Origin: a virus
DNA length: 64,000 bases
Reading direction: 5' to 3' (one strand)
IMG/VR virus record: IMGVR_UViG_3300018080_000004
Shown here: positions 45,775 through 54,921 of the stretch, one piece after another
Position numbering within the stretch: position 1 is the first letter of the stretch
Layout of the letters: each line of letters starts with the position of its first letter
Translations under genes and position numbers: made by a program
The notes under the pieces: model-generated
What the model was told of the DNA's origin: nothing
The model's input: the letters and a program-made list of their open reading frames with translations, nothing else
Database searches by the model: none

Positions 45775-47307
45775 ATGGACGCCACGAACTTCAATCCTCA
45801 GACGTTGCTCATGGACTTCTACGCGGTGGCGGGAGTCCGATTCGAGCTCATTGACACGGAGGACGCCTCCTTCGTGTTCGCCCAGGACGCCCAAACCCTG
45901 GGATGCGTCGTGTGCGACCCGGACCTCGCCGGTGCGGCAACGGCCATCCGGGCCGCAGTCGTGCAGGCCATGAAGCGGGCCCTCGTGCGGGACGGCCTGT
46001 TCATCCTCGCTGCCGAGGTCCGGCATATCTACGACAAGGGGAAGCTCTCGCCCTCTCGGTCCGGCTTCTTCACGAAGAACTTCGGTCCCGTAGGGCGCAA
46101 GTGGTTCTTCATCTACGACGCCATCTACTCCCACGCGGGGGCGGGCCTCGACTGTGAGCCCGTAACCCCGGCGCCGCCTCTCGACACCCAGTTCCCCGGC
46201 TATCTCCAGTCCTATGTGGCCGGTGCAACCGCGTCGCGGGAGACGGGCCTCCCCTTCCACGAGGTGGCCGAGCGCGTCTTCGACAGGACCGCCGGGGCGA
46301 AGTGGAGCGGGAGTTTCGGCGGCAAGGCGTGGCTCGAAATCGCCAGGGCCTACCGGGAGCTCCTCACGGCGGAGACCGAGACCGAGATCATCGTGGCGGC
46401 GGACCGCCTCATCTCCCTGGAACACAATACGAATACCCTGTTCACGAAGTGTTCCCACTGGGCGGTAGGGGGCGACTGGGCATGGATCAAGGGGTGCCTG
46501 GACATCAAGTTCTCGGCCTCCTCGCCGGTGGCCTTTCTGGGGCTCTGCTCGGAGGGGGTGCGCCAGATCGTTCTCGGCCTGCACCTGTCCGGGCGCACTA
46601 TCGGAAGCCCAGGAGGGCCCCTCCGAGGCGCCCAGGAGGACGCCCCCCTCCCTCGGCACCCGGAGCCCCCAGAAAGCGGCTCTCCGGAGGCGGGAGGGGC
46701 CTTCCTGCTCGATTCTGTGGGGGAAGGGGACATGCTCGGCCTCCAATACGAGGGGGCGGTGCGCCAGTTCCAGGTTGAAGCGGTGCACGTCCTGGGATAC
46801 GGTCATAGGTCCTTCATCCTGTCCCCCAGCGGGTGGCACGAGCACAAGGGGCTCGGTCCGGGTGGAAAGCCCCTCGTGATAGAGCTCTTCGCCATGACGG
46901 GGGAGGAAGTCCAGGCCCGGTTCGTGTCTCGGCAGGAGGTCGAGGCCGTCGAGCGGGTGAAGCGTGTCGCGGCCCGGTTCGCGGCGGAGCTGCACCAGCT
47001 CTTGGGCGGGATCGTCGCGCTGGAGAAGCCACTTCTGGCCGTGGGCTCCGTCCAGCTCGGGGAGTACGTGTTCCGGTTCCGGATCAAGGGCCCGGAGGGC
47101 CGGAATTTCCGGGTCTATGTGGGGGCCTCGGAGAAGTCGCTTTGCATCTTCACGGGAACGTCGCGGCACCCGGCCGAGGACCCCTTTTCGGAAGACGTTT
47201 TCGAGGAGTTCACCCTGGACCGGGCTGAGGACGGCGATTTTCTCGCCGACTTTGGACGGCGGCTTCTGGGGGCGGCCGTCGCCTCCCTGGCGGCTGGGGA
47301 CGATTGA
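45775..47307 (+). CDS. Multi-domain hypothetical protein
   Basis: WSGSFGGKAWLEIA...DRLISLEHNTNTLFTK conserved-looking motif. Confidence 0.65.
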   Translation: MDATNFNPQTLLMDFYAVAGVRFELIDTEDASFVFAQDAQTLGCVVCDPDLAGAATAIRAAVVQAMKRALVRDGLFILAAEVRHIYDKGKLSPSRSGFFTKNFGPVGRKWFFIYDAIYSHAGAGLDCEPVTPAPPLDTQFPGYLQSYVAGATASRETGLPFHEVAERVFDRTAGAKWSGSFGGKAWLEIARAYRELLTAETETEIIVAADRLISLEHNTNTLFTKCSHWAVGGDWAWIKGCLDIKFSASSPVAFLGLCSEGVRQIVLGLHLSGRTIGSPGGPLRGAQEDAPLPRHPEPPESGSPEAGGAFLLDSVGEGDMLGLQYEGAVRQFQVEAVHVLGYGHRSFILSPSGWHEHKGLGPGGKPLVIELFAMTGEEVQARFVSRQEVEAVERVKRVAARFAAELHQLLGGIVALEKPLLAVGSVQLGEYVFRFRIKGPEGRNFRVYVGASEKSLCIFTGTSRHPAEDPFSEDVFEEFTLDRAEDGDFLADFGRRLLGAAVASLAAGDD

Positions 47308-47334
47308 CTGTCGGTATCGACAGTGGAGGAAAAG

Positions 47335-48189
47335 ATGGGAGACAGACGAGGAAAACGAATCATCCAGCTCGAAGGGGAGCTCATGAAGCGCCGGGAGGAG
47401 GCCCTCAAGCTCAAGGAGGAGCGCGTGCGCCTCCTGTCCAGCCTCAAGGCCATGACCGTCCGGACCCAGAAGCCCACCGCTTACATGCTCGAAATCCGCC
47501 GGGCGGTGATGGGGAAGGAGATCGCCGAGGAACCCAGGGAGGACGCCGACAAGATCATGCAGGAGATCACCTTCGGCCTCTCCCATCTCCAGGCCGAGAT
47601 ACAGCGGCTCACGGCGGCCGAGAACACCACTCTCTTCGCCCACGAGCTCGCGGGAGTGGAGCGGTCGTGCCTGCGGTGCATGGGCCCGGCGGACCCCATC
47701 AAGGAGAAACCGAGAAGCCTGGAGGAAATCCACGAGCGGCAGGCGCGGCTCATCGCCCTCTGCCGAGTCCAGAAGATCGCCAAGGGTATCGTGCCCGATT
47801 GCCCGATGTTCAGGCCGCAGGCCGTCGCCAAGGAGGGAGAAGATGACGATCAAGAGCGCGAAGGATTCAACGCCGATGGAACCCGCACCGGCCGCTTCCG
47901 AGGAGACCGAGAAAACAAAGGAAACGCTCCTCGCGGTGCAGAAGGAAGTCCTGGAGAACACGGTCCGGACGGAGCCGACGTACGGGCAGCTCAAGGAGAC
48001 GGTGAAGCGCCTGGAGGAGGCCCTGGAGCGGGCGGCCCAGGCGGCAGCGAAGGACCGGGCGAAGGCGGCGACGGCGGAGGAGGAGACGGAGCGGGTGCGG
48101 TCGAGGGTGTCCAAGGAGAAGCAGAAGCTCCTGAACCGGATCGAGGGCCTGGAGGTGAGCCTGTCGAAGGAGCGCACGACGGCGAATAA
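47335..48189 (+). CDS. Hypothetical coiled-coil/Cys protein; 3' end uncertain
   Basis: SD GGAGG; coding-like to ~47840, then a low-complexity tail overlapping the next gene. Confidence 0.5.
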   Translation: MGDRRGKRIIQLEGELMKRREEALKLKEERVRLLSSLKAMTVRTQKPTAYMLEIRRAVMGKEIAEEPREDADKIMQEITFGLSHLQAEIQRLTAAENTTLFAHELAGVERSCLRCMGPADPIKEKPRSLEEIHERQARLIALCRVQKIAKGIVPDCPMFRPQAVAKEGEDDDQEREGFNADGTRTGRFRGDRENKGNAPRGAEGSPGEHGPDGADVRAAQGDGEAPGGGPGAGGPGGSEGPGEGGDGGGGDGAGAVEGVQGEAEAPEPDRGPGGEPVEGAHDGE

Positions 48190-48547
48190 GTGGCTCGCCG
48201 TCAAGGCGTCGCCTGTCGGCCCCTACCTCCAGGAGACCGGCCGTGCCACCGACAAGATACCGTCGAGCATCTCGCGGGACGGAGACTGGATCGCCCCCCT
48301 CCTCGCGGCCTACAAGCGCGGTGCGTCGGCCGGGAGCGAGGCGGCCATGGTGGCGGCCATCGAGCGGCACGCCGACCTCGACGAGAAGCGCCCGGCGCAG
48401 TGCGTCTGCCCGGCATGCCAGCTCAGGCGGCATATCGAGGAGCAGAAGGTGATCCTCGTGAACCTCAAGCAAGAGAACGACCGGCTCCTCCGCGACTTGG
48501 ACAAGGAGCGGGGGAAGAAGGTGAAGAGCAAGCGCCGGAGCCGGTAG
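47843..48547 (+). CDS. Hypothetical coiled-coil protein
   Basis: SD AGGAGG; CVCPAC motif. Confidence 0.65.
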   Translation: MTIKSAKDSTPMEPAPAASEETEKTKETLLAVQKEVLENTVRTEPTYGQLKETVKRLEEALERAAQAAAKDRAKAATAEEETERVRSRVSKEKQKLLNRIEGLEVSLSKERTTANKWLAVKASPVGPYLQETGRATDKIPSSISRDGDWIAPLLAAYKRGASAGSEAAMVAAIERHADLDEKRPAQCVCPACQLRRHIEEQKVILVNLKQENDRLLRDLDKERGKKVKSKRRSR

Positions 48548-48574
48548 GCGTAAGCGCGTACGGTGGAGGACCCC

Positions 48575-49222
48575 ATGCAGACTTTCATGAGCGACGACGG
48601 CCGCATCCTCATCCACGTAAGTAGCGACTTCTCCGGAGAGGCCGAGATCATGGTGGGCGACGCCCCTCCCTTTGCGTTCGACCCGTCCATTCTCGTGGCC
48701 GTGGGCGAGCACTACCTCGATCTCGCCCTCGCCAAGGCCCTCGCGGCGGCCGAGGACATCCTCCCGACTCTGGAGGGCGACGACCGCCAGGGCACCGTCG
48801 AGGACCTCGTGGAGAACATCAAGCAGCTCGCGGCCATGCGGGCGAGCGCCAAGCCGGAGGCCGTCCTGGTGGTCCGGTGCACCGGCTGTGGGGCGGGGTA
48901 CGACGGCCCCCTCATGACCGGGTTCATCTGCGCCGAGTGTTCGAGCGTCTGGGACCCGGCAACGGGGAAGTGGAAGCACCCCAGCGGGATCACCCCCTTG
49001 AAAAAGGCGCAGCTCCTCGCCGAGCGGGCCCCGAAGGTCCCGGCCGAGATCGCCGAGCACCTGGAGAACAAGACCCTCATGTGCCCTCCCGACGCGGAGA
49101 GCGTTACGGGCCACTACGACCCGGCCGGGCCGGGCGGTGGGGAGGCGCCCGCTGGAGTGCCCATCTGCGCCGGATGCGGGAGGCCCAGGGCCGACCACAA
49201 GCCCAGGAAGGAGGGGGCGTGA
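48575..49222 (+). CDS. Hypothetical Zn-finger protein
   Basis: SD GGAGG; CTGC...CAEC, CAGC. Confidence 0.62.
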   Translation: MQTFMSDDGRILIHVSSDFSGEAEIMVGDAPPFAFDPSILVAVGEHYLDLALAKALAAAEDILPTLEGDDRQGTVEDLVENIKQLAAMRASAKPEAVLVVRCTGCGAGYDGPLMTGFICAECSSVWDPATGKWKHPSGITPLKKAQLLAERAPKVPAEIAEHLENKTLMCPPDAESVTGHYDPAGPGGGEAPAGVPICAGCGRPRADHKPRKEGA

Positions 49223-49674
49223 ACTTCATTTTCACAGCGGCGGTGCTTCGAGTGAACCGACCGAACAAGGTCGGGCGCCTCTATCCCCGCGAGATCGTCG
49301 AGACGGCGATCAAGGAGGCTGGGGACACCATCCTCCTGGTGGTAACGGAGACGGACGACTGGGGCGGCCCCATGATTTCGCTGAACAAGGCCGTGGGCGA
49401 GGTCAACCGGCTGTGGATCGGGGACGACGACATCCTCCGGGTCCAGGGGCGGCTCTTCGGGGATGTGGCGCCACTCAAGGGCCTCTCGCCCGACGACGTG
49501 GTGCGCCTCGTGGGCCGGTTCAAGCTCGTCACGGTCGGGCAGGGAGCCCTGGGCCCGGAGGATCAGGTGCTCGACGGCTACCGCATCAATGGTTTCCTCC
49601 TCGCGGAGGAGTCGAACGACGAGGCGGCCGAGAGCATCCCGGCGGTGGTGCTGCCGGATGGAGTGGGATCATGA
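49219..49674 (+). CDS. Degenerate T4 gp21-type prohead protease-like protein
   Basis: NKVGRLYPREIV, ISLNKAVGEV..L, VTVGQGAL...V..Y.I; the expected His and SSRG Ser are not present. Confidence 0.5.
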   Translation: MNFIFTAAVLRVNRPNKVGRLYPREIVETAIKEAGDTILLVVTETDDWGGPMISLNKAVGEVNRLWIGDDDILRVQGRLFGDVAPLKGLSPDDVVRLVGRFKLVTVGQGALGPEDQVLDGYRINGFLLAEESNDEAAESIPAVVLPDGVGS

Positions 49675-49847
49675 CAGTATTCGGATTCGGGGACTTCTCG
49701 ACGAAGCCGGGGAAGGGCGACGGCGACAAGAAGCCCAAGAAGATCAAGGGGAAGCTCATCGGGTGGCTTGTCAGGGTGGAGTGCTCGAAGTGCCGGGAGG
49801 AGCGAGTCCGCCGGAACCGGCGCCTCGCCAAGCCCTCCCTGAACTGA
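49671..49847 (+). CDS. Small basic protein
   Basis: ATGA overlap; CSKC. Confidence 0.5.
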   Translation: MTVFGFGDFSTKPGKGDGDKKPKKIKGKLIGWLVRVECSKCREERVRRNRRLAKPSLN

Positions 49848-49859
49848 GGAGGAGGGGCC

Positions 49860-50048
49860 ATGAGGATCATCGAAGCTGGAAGCGCGGTCTCCAGGGACCC
49901 CCAGAGGGTGGCCGAGGAGATCGCCCAGGACATCCGTCGGGCGTGCGCCCCCGGTCCGGTGCACCGGTTCGCCCTGTTCATCGACCACCTGCTCTACACG
50001 ATTCATGACGCTGTTTTCGGGCGCCCCAGGCAGCCCTTCAAGGGGTGA
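49860..50048 (+). CDS. Small hypothetical protein
   Basis: SD GGAGG. Confidence 0.5.
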   Translation: MRIIEAGSAVSRDPQRVAEEIAQDIRRACAPGPVHRFALFIDHLLYTIHDAVFGRPRQPFKG

Positions 50049-50055
50049 TCGCACG

Positions 50056-50670
50056 GTGGACAGTCCGTGGGAACACAATATGAGATCGCACCGCTCCGGG
50101 CGACTCGGTGAGGAGTTCTGCCGGGAGCATTTCGGGATCAAGGAAGATGACCGGTTCGAGATCAAGAGCTCGGCCGCCGAGCACGGGTCTTTCGTGGTCC
50201 AGGCGTGGCAGCTCCTCGAACAGCTCGGCAAGCAGTACGTGGTGGTGACCTACGACAGGGCGACCCGGAGAGTCACGAGGGGGCCGAACAAGGGGAAGAA
50301 GCGGTTCATTGAGACCATCGAGCAAGCGTATGGGAAGAAACTCAACGTCTACGTCGTGCCCGGCCACCGGATCATGGAGTACATCCTCCAGAACGAGCTC
50401 AAGGTGTATTGCACGGCCAGGGGCGGCAACGTCCTCCACTATGGGAAGTGGGGGGTGGTCTGGAGGGTGCCCTACGCGGTCCTCCCGACGGAGGTCTACG
50501 AGGAGACCGAGGCGTACGTCCTCCACGCGGACCCGATGCACCCGCCGGGGTGGGAGGGGGACGCGGTGGCTCGGACCATCCACGGAGGGCTCTTCGATGC
50601 TCCCCAAGGCGGGAATGGAAAGGCCCGGCCGCCCAAGGAGCAGGACGAAGACGAGGACGTACCCTTCTGA
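50056..50670 (+). CDS. Putative PD-(D/E)XK nuclease-like protein ending in an SSB-like acidic tail
   Basis: GRLGEE...FEIKS; C-terminus DEDEDVPF. Confidence 0.5.
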   Translation: MDSPWEHNMRSHRSGRLGEEFCREHFGIKEDDRFEIKSSAAEHGSFVVQAWQLLEQLGKQYVVVTYDRATRRVTRGPNKGKKRFIETIEQAYGKKLNVYVVPGHRIMEYILQNELKVYCTARGGNVLHYGKWGVVWRVPYAVLPTEVYEETEAYVLHADPMHPPGWEGDAVARTIHGGLFDAPQGGNGKARPPKEQDEDEDVPF

Positions 50671-50679
50671 GGGGGGACC

Positions 50680-51342
50680 ATGATCTACGTCATTTCCGAC
50701 ACCCACTTCGACCACGCCAAGATCGAGGTCTACTGCAACCGGCCGAAGGGCTGGCAAGACCTCATCATCCGGAACTGGAAGCGCATCGTGGGGCCCGGCG
50801 ACACGGTGCTCCACCTGGGGGACCTCGGCTGGAAGAACGCCGAGCGCATGGCGGCCATCGTGAAGGAGCTCCCCGGCCGTCTCATCATCTTGAAGGGGAA
50901 CCACGACCAGAGCGCCCGGTGGCTCGAACGGTGCGGGGCCACGCTCGTCCTCAATGAGCACGGGAGGGGCGTCAGCATCGACGACCCGGACTACCCGGCC
51001 GCCTTCGTGTGCGCCAAGATCGACTCGGACCCCAGGGCCCTCCTCCCCCACTTCAAGGAGTGGTTCCGGTCCGTCGTCGTCTCCCACGAGCCCCACACGA
51101 ACATCAAGTGGCCCTACCTCTACGGCCACGTCCACAATAACCCCGTGGCCTGGGACGACGCGGGCGTGCCCTTCCCCCTCAGCACGATCCCCGGCCGGAA
51201 CGTCTGCGTCGAGGTCATGAACTACATGCCGGTGCCCCTCCCTGTGATCCTCGCCGACTCGGAGTGGATCGAGAAGCACTGGGGAGCCATGGCGCGGCAT
51301 CTTTTCGGGATGGACCCCCAGCAGGCCCGTTCCAAGGAGTGA
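50680..51342 (+). CDS. Calcineurin-like metallophosphoesterase
   Basis: SDTHF, HLGD, GNHD, SHEP, GHVH. Confidence 0.9.
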   Translation: MIYVISDTHFDHAKIEVYCNRPKGWQDLIIRNWKRIVGPGDTVLHLGDLGWKNAERMAAIVKELPGRLIILKGNHDQSARWLERCGATLVLNEHGRGVSIDDPDYPAAFVCAKIDSDPRALLPHFKEWFRSVVVSHEPHTNIKWPYLYGHVHNNPVAWDDAGVPFPLSTIPGRNVCVEVMNYMPVPLPVILADSEWIEKHWGAMARHLFGMDPQQARSKE

Positions 51343-51344
51343 AC

Positions 51345-52205
51345 ATGCACAGGATCGAGATTCCCCCGCCGGAGGTCTTCGCCGACGCCGAGGCGCTGGA
51401 GGCCAAGGCGGCCGAGAGCGCCGGAGAGCTGGCGAACGCCGCCATGCACGAGGTCGTGTCCCTCCTCCGCGTGACGCAATACTACAAGGCCCTCCTGGAC
51501 CGCCTCATGCAGCCCCCGACGCCTCGGCTCCTCGCCCTGGCGGAGCGGTACGTCCAGATCGAGGAGACCGGCCAGGGCCCCCAGCCCCTCGGCGAGGACG
51601 AAATCTCGGACCGTTTCGAGGTCGTCGCCGAGGCTTACCGGTACTACAAGGGCAAGTACGACGCGGCCCGCTCCGGCCTGGGCATCTGCACCGTGGGCCA
51701 CGAGGCCCTCATGCGGAAGCCCCAGGAGACCACGGCCGAGTACCTCGCCCGGCTGGCCTACCTCATCAAGGACTTCGGAGCCCAGGTGACGGCCCAGATC
51801 GGGAAGGCCCGGTTCGGCCTCCCGGAGGACCACGAGGGCCCCGTGGCGACGGCCGAGGAGATCGACGACGAGATCATGGAGGGCCCAGGCGACCGCCCCC
51901 GCGCCGAGCCCGTCCCCGACCAGGAGGAGCCGGGCTGGCAGGACGATATGGTCAGGGAGTACGGGTGCTCCTTCCTCATGGCGGGCATCCGGTTCGAGCA
52001 GACCGTCGTCAAGGTCGGCAACGGGATCGGTGTGGAGCGCCGGGTCCAGGAAGGCGGGGACGAGGTGTACGTGGTCTTCGCCCCGGCGGCCAAGATGCGC
52101 GACGCCGACAAGCTCGCCGAGCTGTGCAACATGACGCCCCTCGGCGAGTGGAAGGAAGTCTCGCCGGACGAAGCGCCCGAAGAGGGCGGAGAGGAGGAAG
52201 CATGA
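51345..52205 (+). CDS. Hypothetical protein
   Basis: SD AAGGAG. Confidence 0.65.
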   Translation: MHRIEIPPPEVFADAEALEAKAAESAGELANAAMHEVVSLLRVTQYYKALLDRLMQPPTPRLLALAERYVQIEETGQGPQPLGEDEISDRFEVVAEAYRYYKGKYDAARSGLGICTVGHEALMRKPQETTAEYLARLAYLIKDFGAQVTAQIGKARFGLPEDHEGPVATAEEIDDEIMEGPGDRPRAEPVPDQEEPGWQDDMVREYGCSFLMAGIRFEQTVVKVGNGIGVERRVQEGGDEVYVVFAPAAKMRDADKLAELCNMTPLGEWKEVSPDEAPEEGGEEEA

Positions 52206-52951
52206 AACGGGAGGGATTCCCGGCCGAGCCCCAGCCCGTGCGGGAGGTCGAGGTCCTCCAGGTCATCAAGACCACGGGCCTGACCGGCAACGGGGACGAC
52301 GACGATCCGGTCCGCACTGTGGACCAGTTCTTCGCCATGGACGGAAAGCACCTCTTCAAGATCGACCGCTGGGACGAGGAAAAGAAGGAGCCGGAGCCGG
52401 TGTATATCCGGTGGCCCGGCCTCGACGAGGAGGGGAGGGTCCGGGCTGTCGCCGACCTCCTGGACTCCCTGTCCAGGGACCCGGCTATTGACCTCCGACA
52501 CCCCCGCTTCCGGGGCGACTTCGTACGCCGTCTCGCCCGGCTCTTTCGAGAGATGACCGAGAAGCTCTACGCCAAGCCCGAAACGGGCCCGGAGCAAGAC
52601 CCCAGCGTGGTTCTCAAAGAGGACCCGATCCACGTCCACGGGCCGAAGAGCGTGTTCGCGGCGCGGTGCGACTTGGCAAGGCGGGATGAGTCCCTGGCGA
52701 CCACCATGCACGAGTTCTGCGGGGAGATGTTCCTGGACGTGCTCAGGGCCGAGAAGGATGGCAAGGAGGGGTGGGACGACCCCCAGCAACGCGACTTCCT
52801 CATGCACGAGCTCCACGTGCACGCGGAGCAGGGCAAGTGGGTCGGTGTGGCGAACTTCGCTGCTTTCCTGTGGAACCTGGACCGCGAGTGGCAGGCCGAG
52901 CGCGAGCGCAAGGAGAAGGAGGAGGGATGCCAAGGCGAACCTTCAAGCTGA
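52202..52951 (+). CDS. Hypothetical mosaic phage protein
   Basis: SD GGAGG; C-terminal GWDDP...HAEQG..V.VANFAAFLW. Confidence 0.62.
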   Translation: MKREGFPAEPQPVREVEVLQVIKTTGLTGNGDDDDPVRTVDQFFAMDGKHLFKIDRWDEEKKEPEPVYIRWPGLDEEGRVRAVADLLDSLSRDPAIDLRHPRFRGDFVRRLARLFREMTEKLYAKPETGPEQDPSVVLKEDPIHVHGPKSVFAARCDLARRDESLATTMHEFCGEMFLDVLRAEKDGKEGWDDPQQRDFLMHELHVHAEQGKWVGVANFAAFLWNLDREWQAERERKEKEEGCQGEPSS

Positions 52952-53727
52952 ACGGGCACGAGCACGGGTGGCTCGTCCTCGGCGACGCCATCAAGGGCAT
53001 GGCGCGGATGGAGGCCGGGTCTGTGGACCTCGTGTTCGCGGACCCTCCCTTCGGCCTCGCCCAGATGGCCGGGGGCAAGATCGAGAAGGCGTACAACCGC
53101 AAGAAAGAGTACGTCCTCGACGGCTACACCGAAATCCACCCGCTCCGGTACAAGGAGTTCACCGAGGACTGGCTCCGGGCGGCGTACTACGTCCTCCGGA
53201 CCGGCGGCGGCCTCTGGGTCATGTCCGGGTGGACCCACGCCCACGTGGTCCACGAGGCCCTCCTCGCCCAGGGGTTCAAGCTCCTGAACAAGGTGGTCTG
53301 GAAGTACAACTTCGGCGTGTGGACCACGCGGAAGCTCGTGACCTCCCACTACGAGATGTTCTACGCCTGCAAGCCGCCGGACGGCCGCCGGACCTTCAAC
53401 CGGCTCCTGGGGAACGACCACGAGTACGACCGGGACGAGCGCCGGGCGGACTACCTGTGGCGGCAGGACGTGTGGGACATCAAGCGCGAGTACCAGCCCG
53501 GCCGGGTCAAGAACATCACGAAGCTCCCGAACGCCCTGGTGCGGCGGGTGATCGAGATGACCACGAACCTCGGCGACGTGATTCTGGACCCCTTCGTGGG
53601 CAACGGGACCACCTACGTCGAGGGCCTGCGCCTGGGGCGCAAGGTGATCGGGTTCGAGGTGAACAAGGGGGCGTATGTCCACGCCTCAGAAGAGGCGCGG
53701 GAGGCCCTCAAGACCATCCTTCCTTGA
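52927..53727 (+). CDS. DNA methyltransferase, N4-C/N6-A beta class
   Basis: DLVFADPPF (motif IV) precedes ILDPFVGNGTT (motif I). Confidence 0.9.
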   Translation: MPRRTFKLNGHEHGWLVLGDAIKGMARMEAGSVDLVFADPPFGLAQMAGGKIEKAYNRKKEYVLDGYTEIHPLRYKEFTEDWLRAAYYVLRTGGGLWVMSGWTHAHVVHEALLAQGFKLLNKVVWKYNFGVWTTRKLVTSHYEMFYACKPPDGRRTFNRLLGNDHEYDRDERRADYLWRQDVWDIKREYQPGRVKNITKLPNALVRRVIEMTTNLGDVILDPFVGNGTTYVEGLRLGRKVIGFEVNKGAYVHASEEAREALKTILP

Positions 53728-53737
53728 GGACACCACC

Positions 53738-54217
53738 ATGGACTGGAAACAGGACACACACAAGCATATCAGGCGCGTGCGGCGGCTTCTCAGGCTCTTC
53801 ATGGTGCTTCTCGACGCACGAGGGAGCACCCACGACCTCACGAAGCTCCAGAGCCCGGAGGCCGAGGTCTTCGAGGAGTTCACGCCGAAGCTGGCCGGGT
53901 CCACCTTCGGGAGCGACGAGTACAAGGGCTTCCTGGCGGACATGAAGCCCGCCCTGGACCACCACTACGAGTGCAATCGGCACCACCCGGAGCACTTTTT
54001 CGATGGTGTCGCGGGCATGAACCTCGTGGACCTCCTGGAGATGTTCGCCGACTGGAAGGCCGCCAGCGAGCGCCATGAGGACGGCGACATCCGGCGGAGC
54101 ATCGAAATCAACGCGGACAGGTTCGGCATCACGAATCAGCTCAAAGCGATCCTCCTGAACACCGTGGTCCTCCTGGAGGGAGAGGAGAATCTTGACGACA
54201 GCGGGGCGGGAGGGTAG
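53738..54217 (+). CDS. HD-domain protein (DUF5662-like)
   Basis: HDLTK, HHYECNRHHPEH, DLLEMFADW. Confidence 0.82.
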   Translation: MDWKQDTHKHIRRVRRLLRLFMVLLDARGSTHDLTKLQSPEAEVFEEFTPKLAGSTFGSDEYKGFLADMKPALDHHYECNRHHPEHFFDGVAGMNLVDLLEMFADWKAASERHEDGDIRRSIEINADRFGITNQLKAILLNTVVLLEGEENLDDSGAGG

Positions 54218-54309
54218 GCTCGGACTGGGAAAAGTCGGTTGCTTTTTTCTTCATTGAGCCCGCCCGCGTACTCCGTGGACGGGCTCTCATATTTATCTGT
54301 AAATTTCCG

Positions 54310-54340
54310 TTGACAAGCGGACCGTGAGACCCCATAATAT
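54310..54340 (+). promoter_or_regulatory. Conserved-spacer sigma70 promoter
   Basis: TTGACA-AGCGGACCGTGAGACCC-CATATAAT. Confidence 0.78.
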
Positions 54341-54349
54341 GAGCGTCGA

Positions 54350-54646
54350 GTGAAGGGGAAAATGATGCTGTACCACCTGAGCCCTACCGGCCGCGCCCTG
54401 ACCTGGAAGCAGTGGAAGGGGCATGGCGGCTGCGATCTTTCGGACTGGAGCGCGGGCCTCGTGTGCGGTCAGCTCGGACTGAGGCGCAGGGGCGACATCG
54501 AGACCCTCCCTCTCGGCCTCATCGAGGATGCGGCCCACTCGGCCGGGCGCGAGCTCGCCCGTTTCGCCGCCGAGCACCTGAATCGTCCGGAGTGGGCGGT
54601 TCCCTACAAGGAGGACGAAAGCCCGTGCGCTACTTCATCCGATTGA
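54350..54646 (+). CDS. Hypothetical protein (start may be ATG 54362)
   Basis: First ORF after the promoter. Confidence 0.55.
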   Translation: MKGKMMLYHLSPTGRALTWKQWKGHGGCDLSDWSAGLVCGQLGLRRRGDIETLPLGLIEDAAHSAGRELARFAAEHLNRPEWAVPYKEDESPCATSSD

Positions 54647-54921
54647 ACGAGGACCCGGAGCTCCAGGCCGAGGCCAAGCACGTCGAGAAGGTGAGCCCCA
54701 CCGAGGTCCTCGTCCACGACGTGGCGGACTTCCCCTTCTACACGGGGCCCATCAAGGTCTCGAAGTTCGAGCTCGTGGACGAGAGCGGCGAGGTCTGGGC
54801 GTTTCGGCGCCTCCCGGCCGCTGCCTGCTTCGTCCTGACCGACTCCATCCGGCTCTCTGTGAACTGGCGCTGCACGGTCGTGTCCGGCAAGGAGAGCATC
54901 GAGTTCGGAGGCCAGGGATGA
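54625..54921 (+). CDS. Hypothetical protein, weakly resembling a tail-fibre/baseplate adaptor domain
   Basis: SD AAGGAGG; VSKFELVDESGEVWAFRRL...L.VNW. Confidence 0.5.
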   Translation: MRYFIRLNEDPELQAEAKHVEKVSPTEVLVHDVADFPFYTGPIKVSKFELVDESGEVWAFRRLPAAACFVLTDSIRLSVNWRCTVVSGKESIEFGGQG

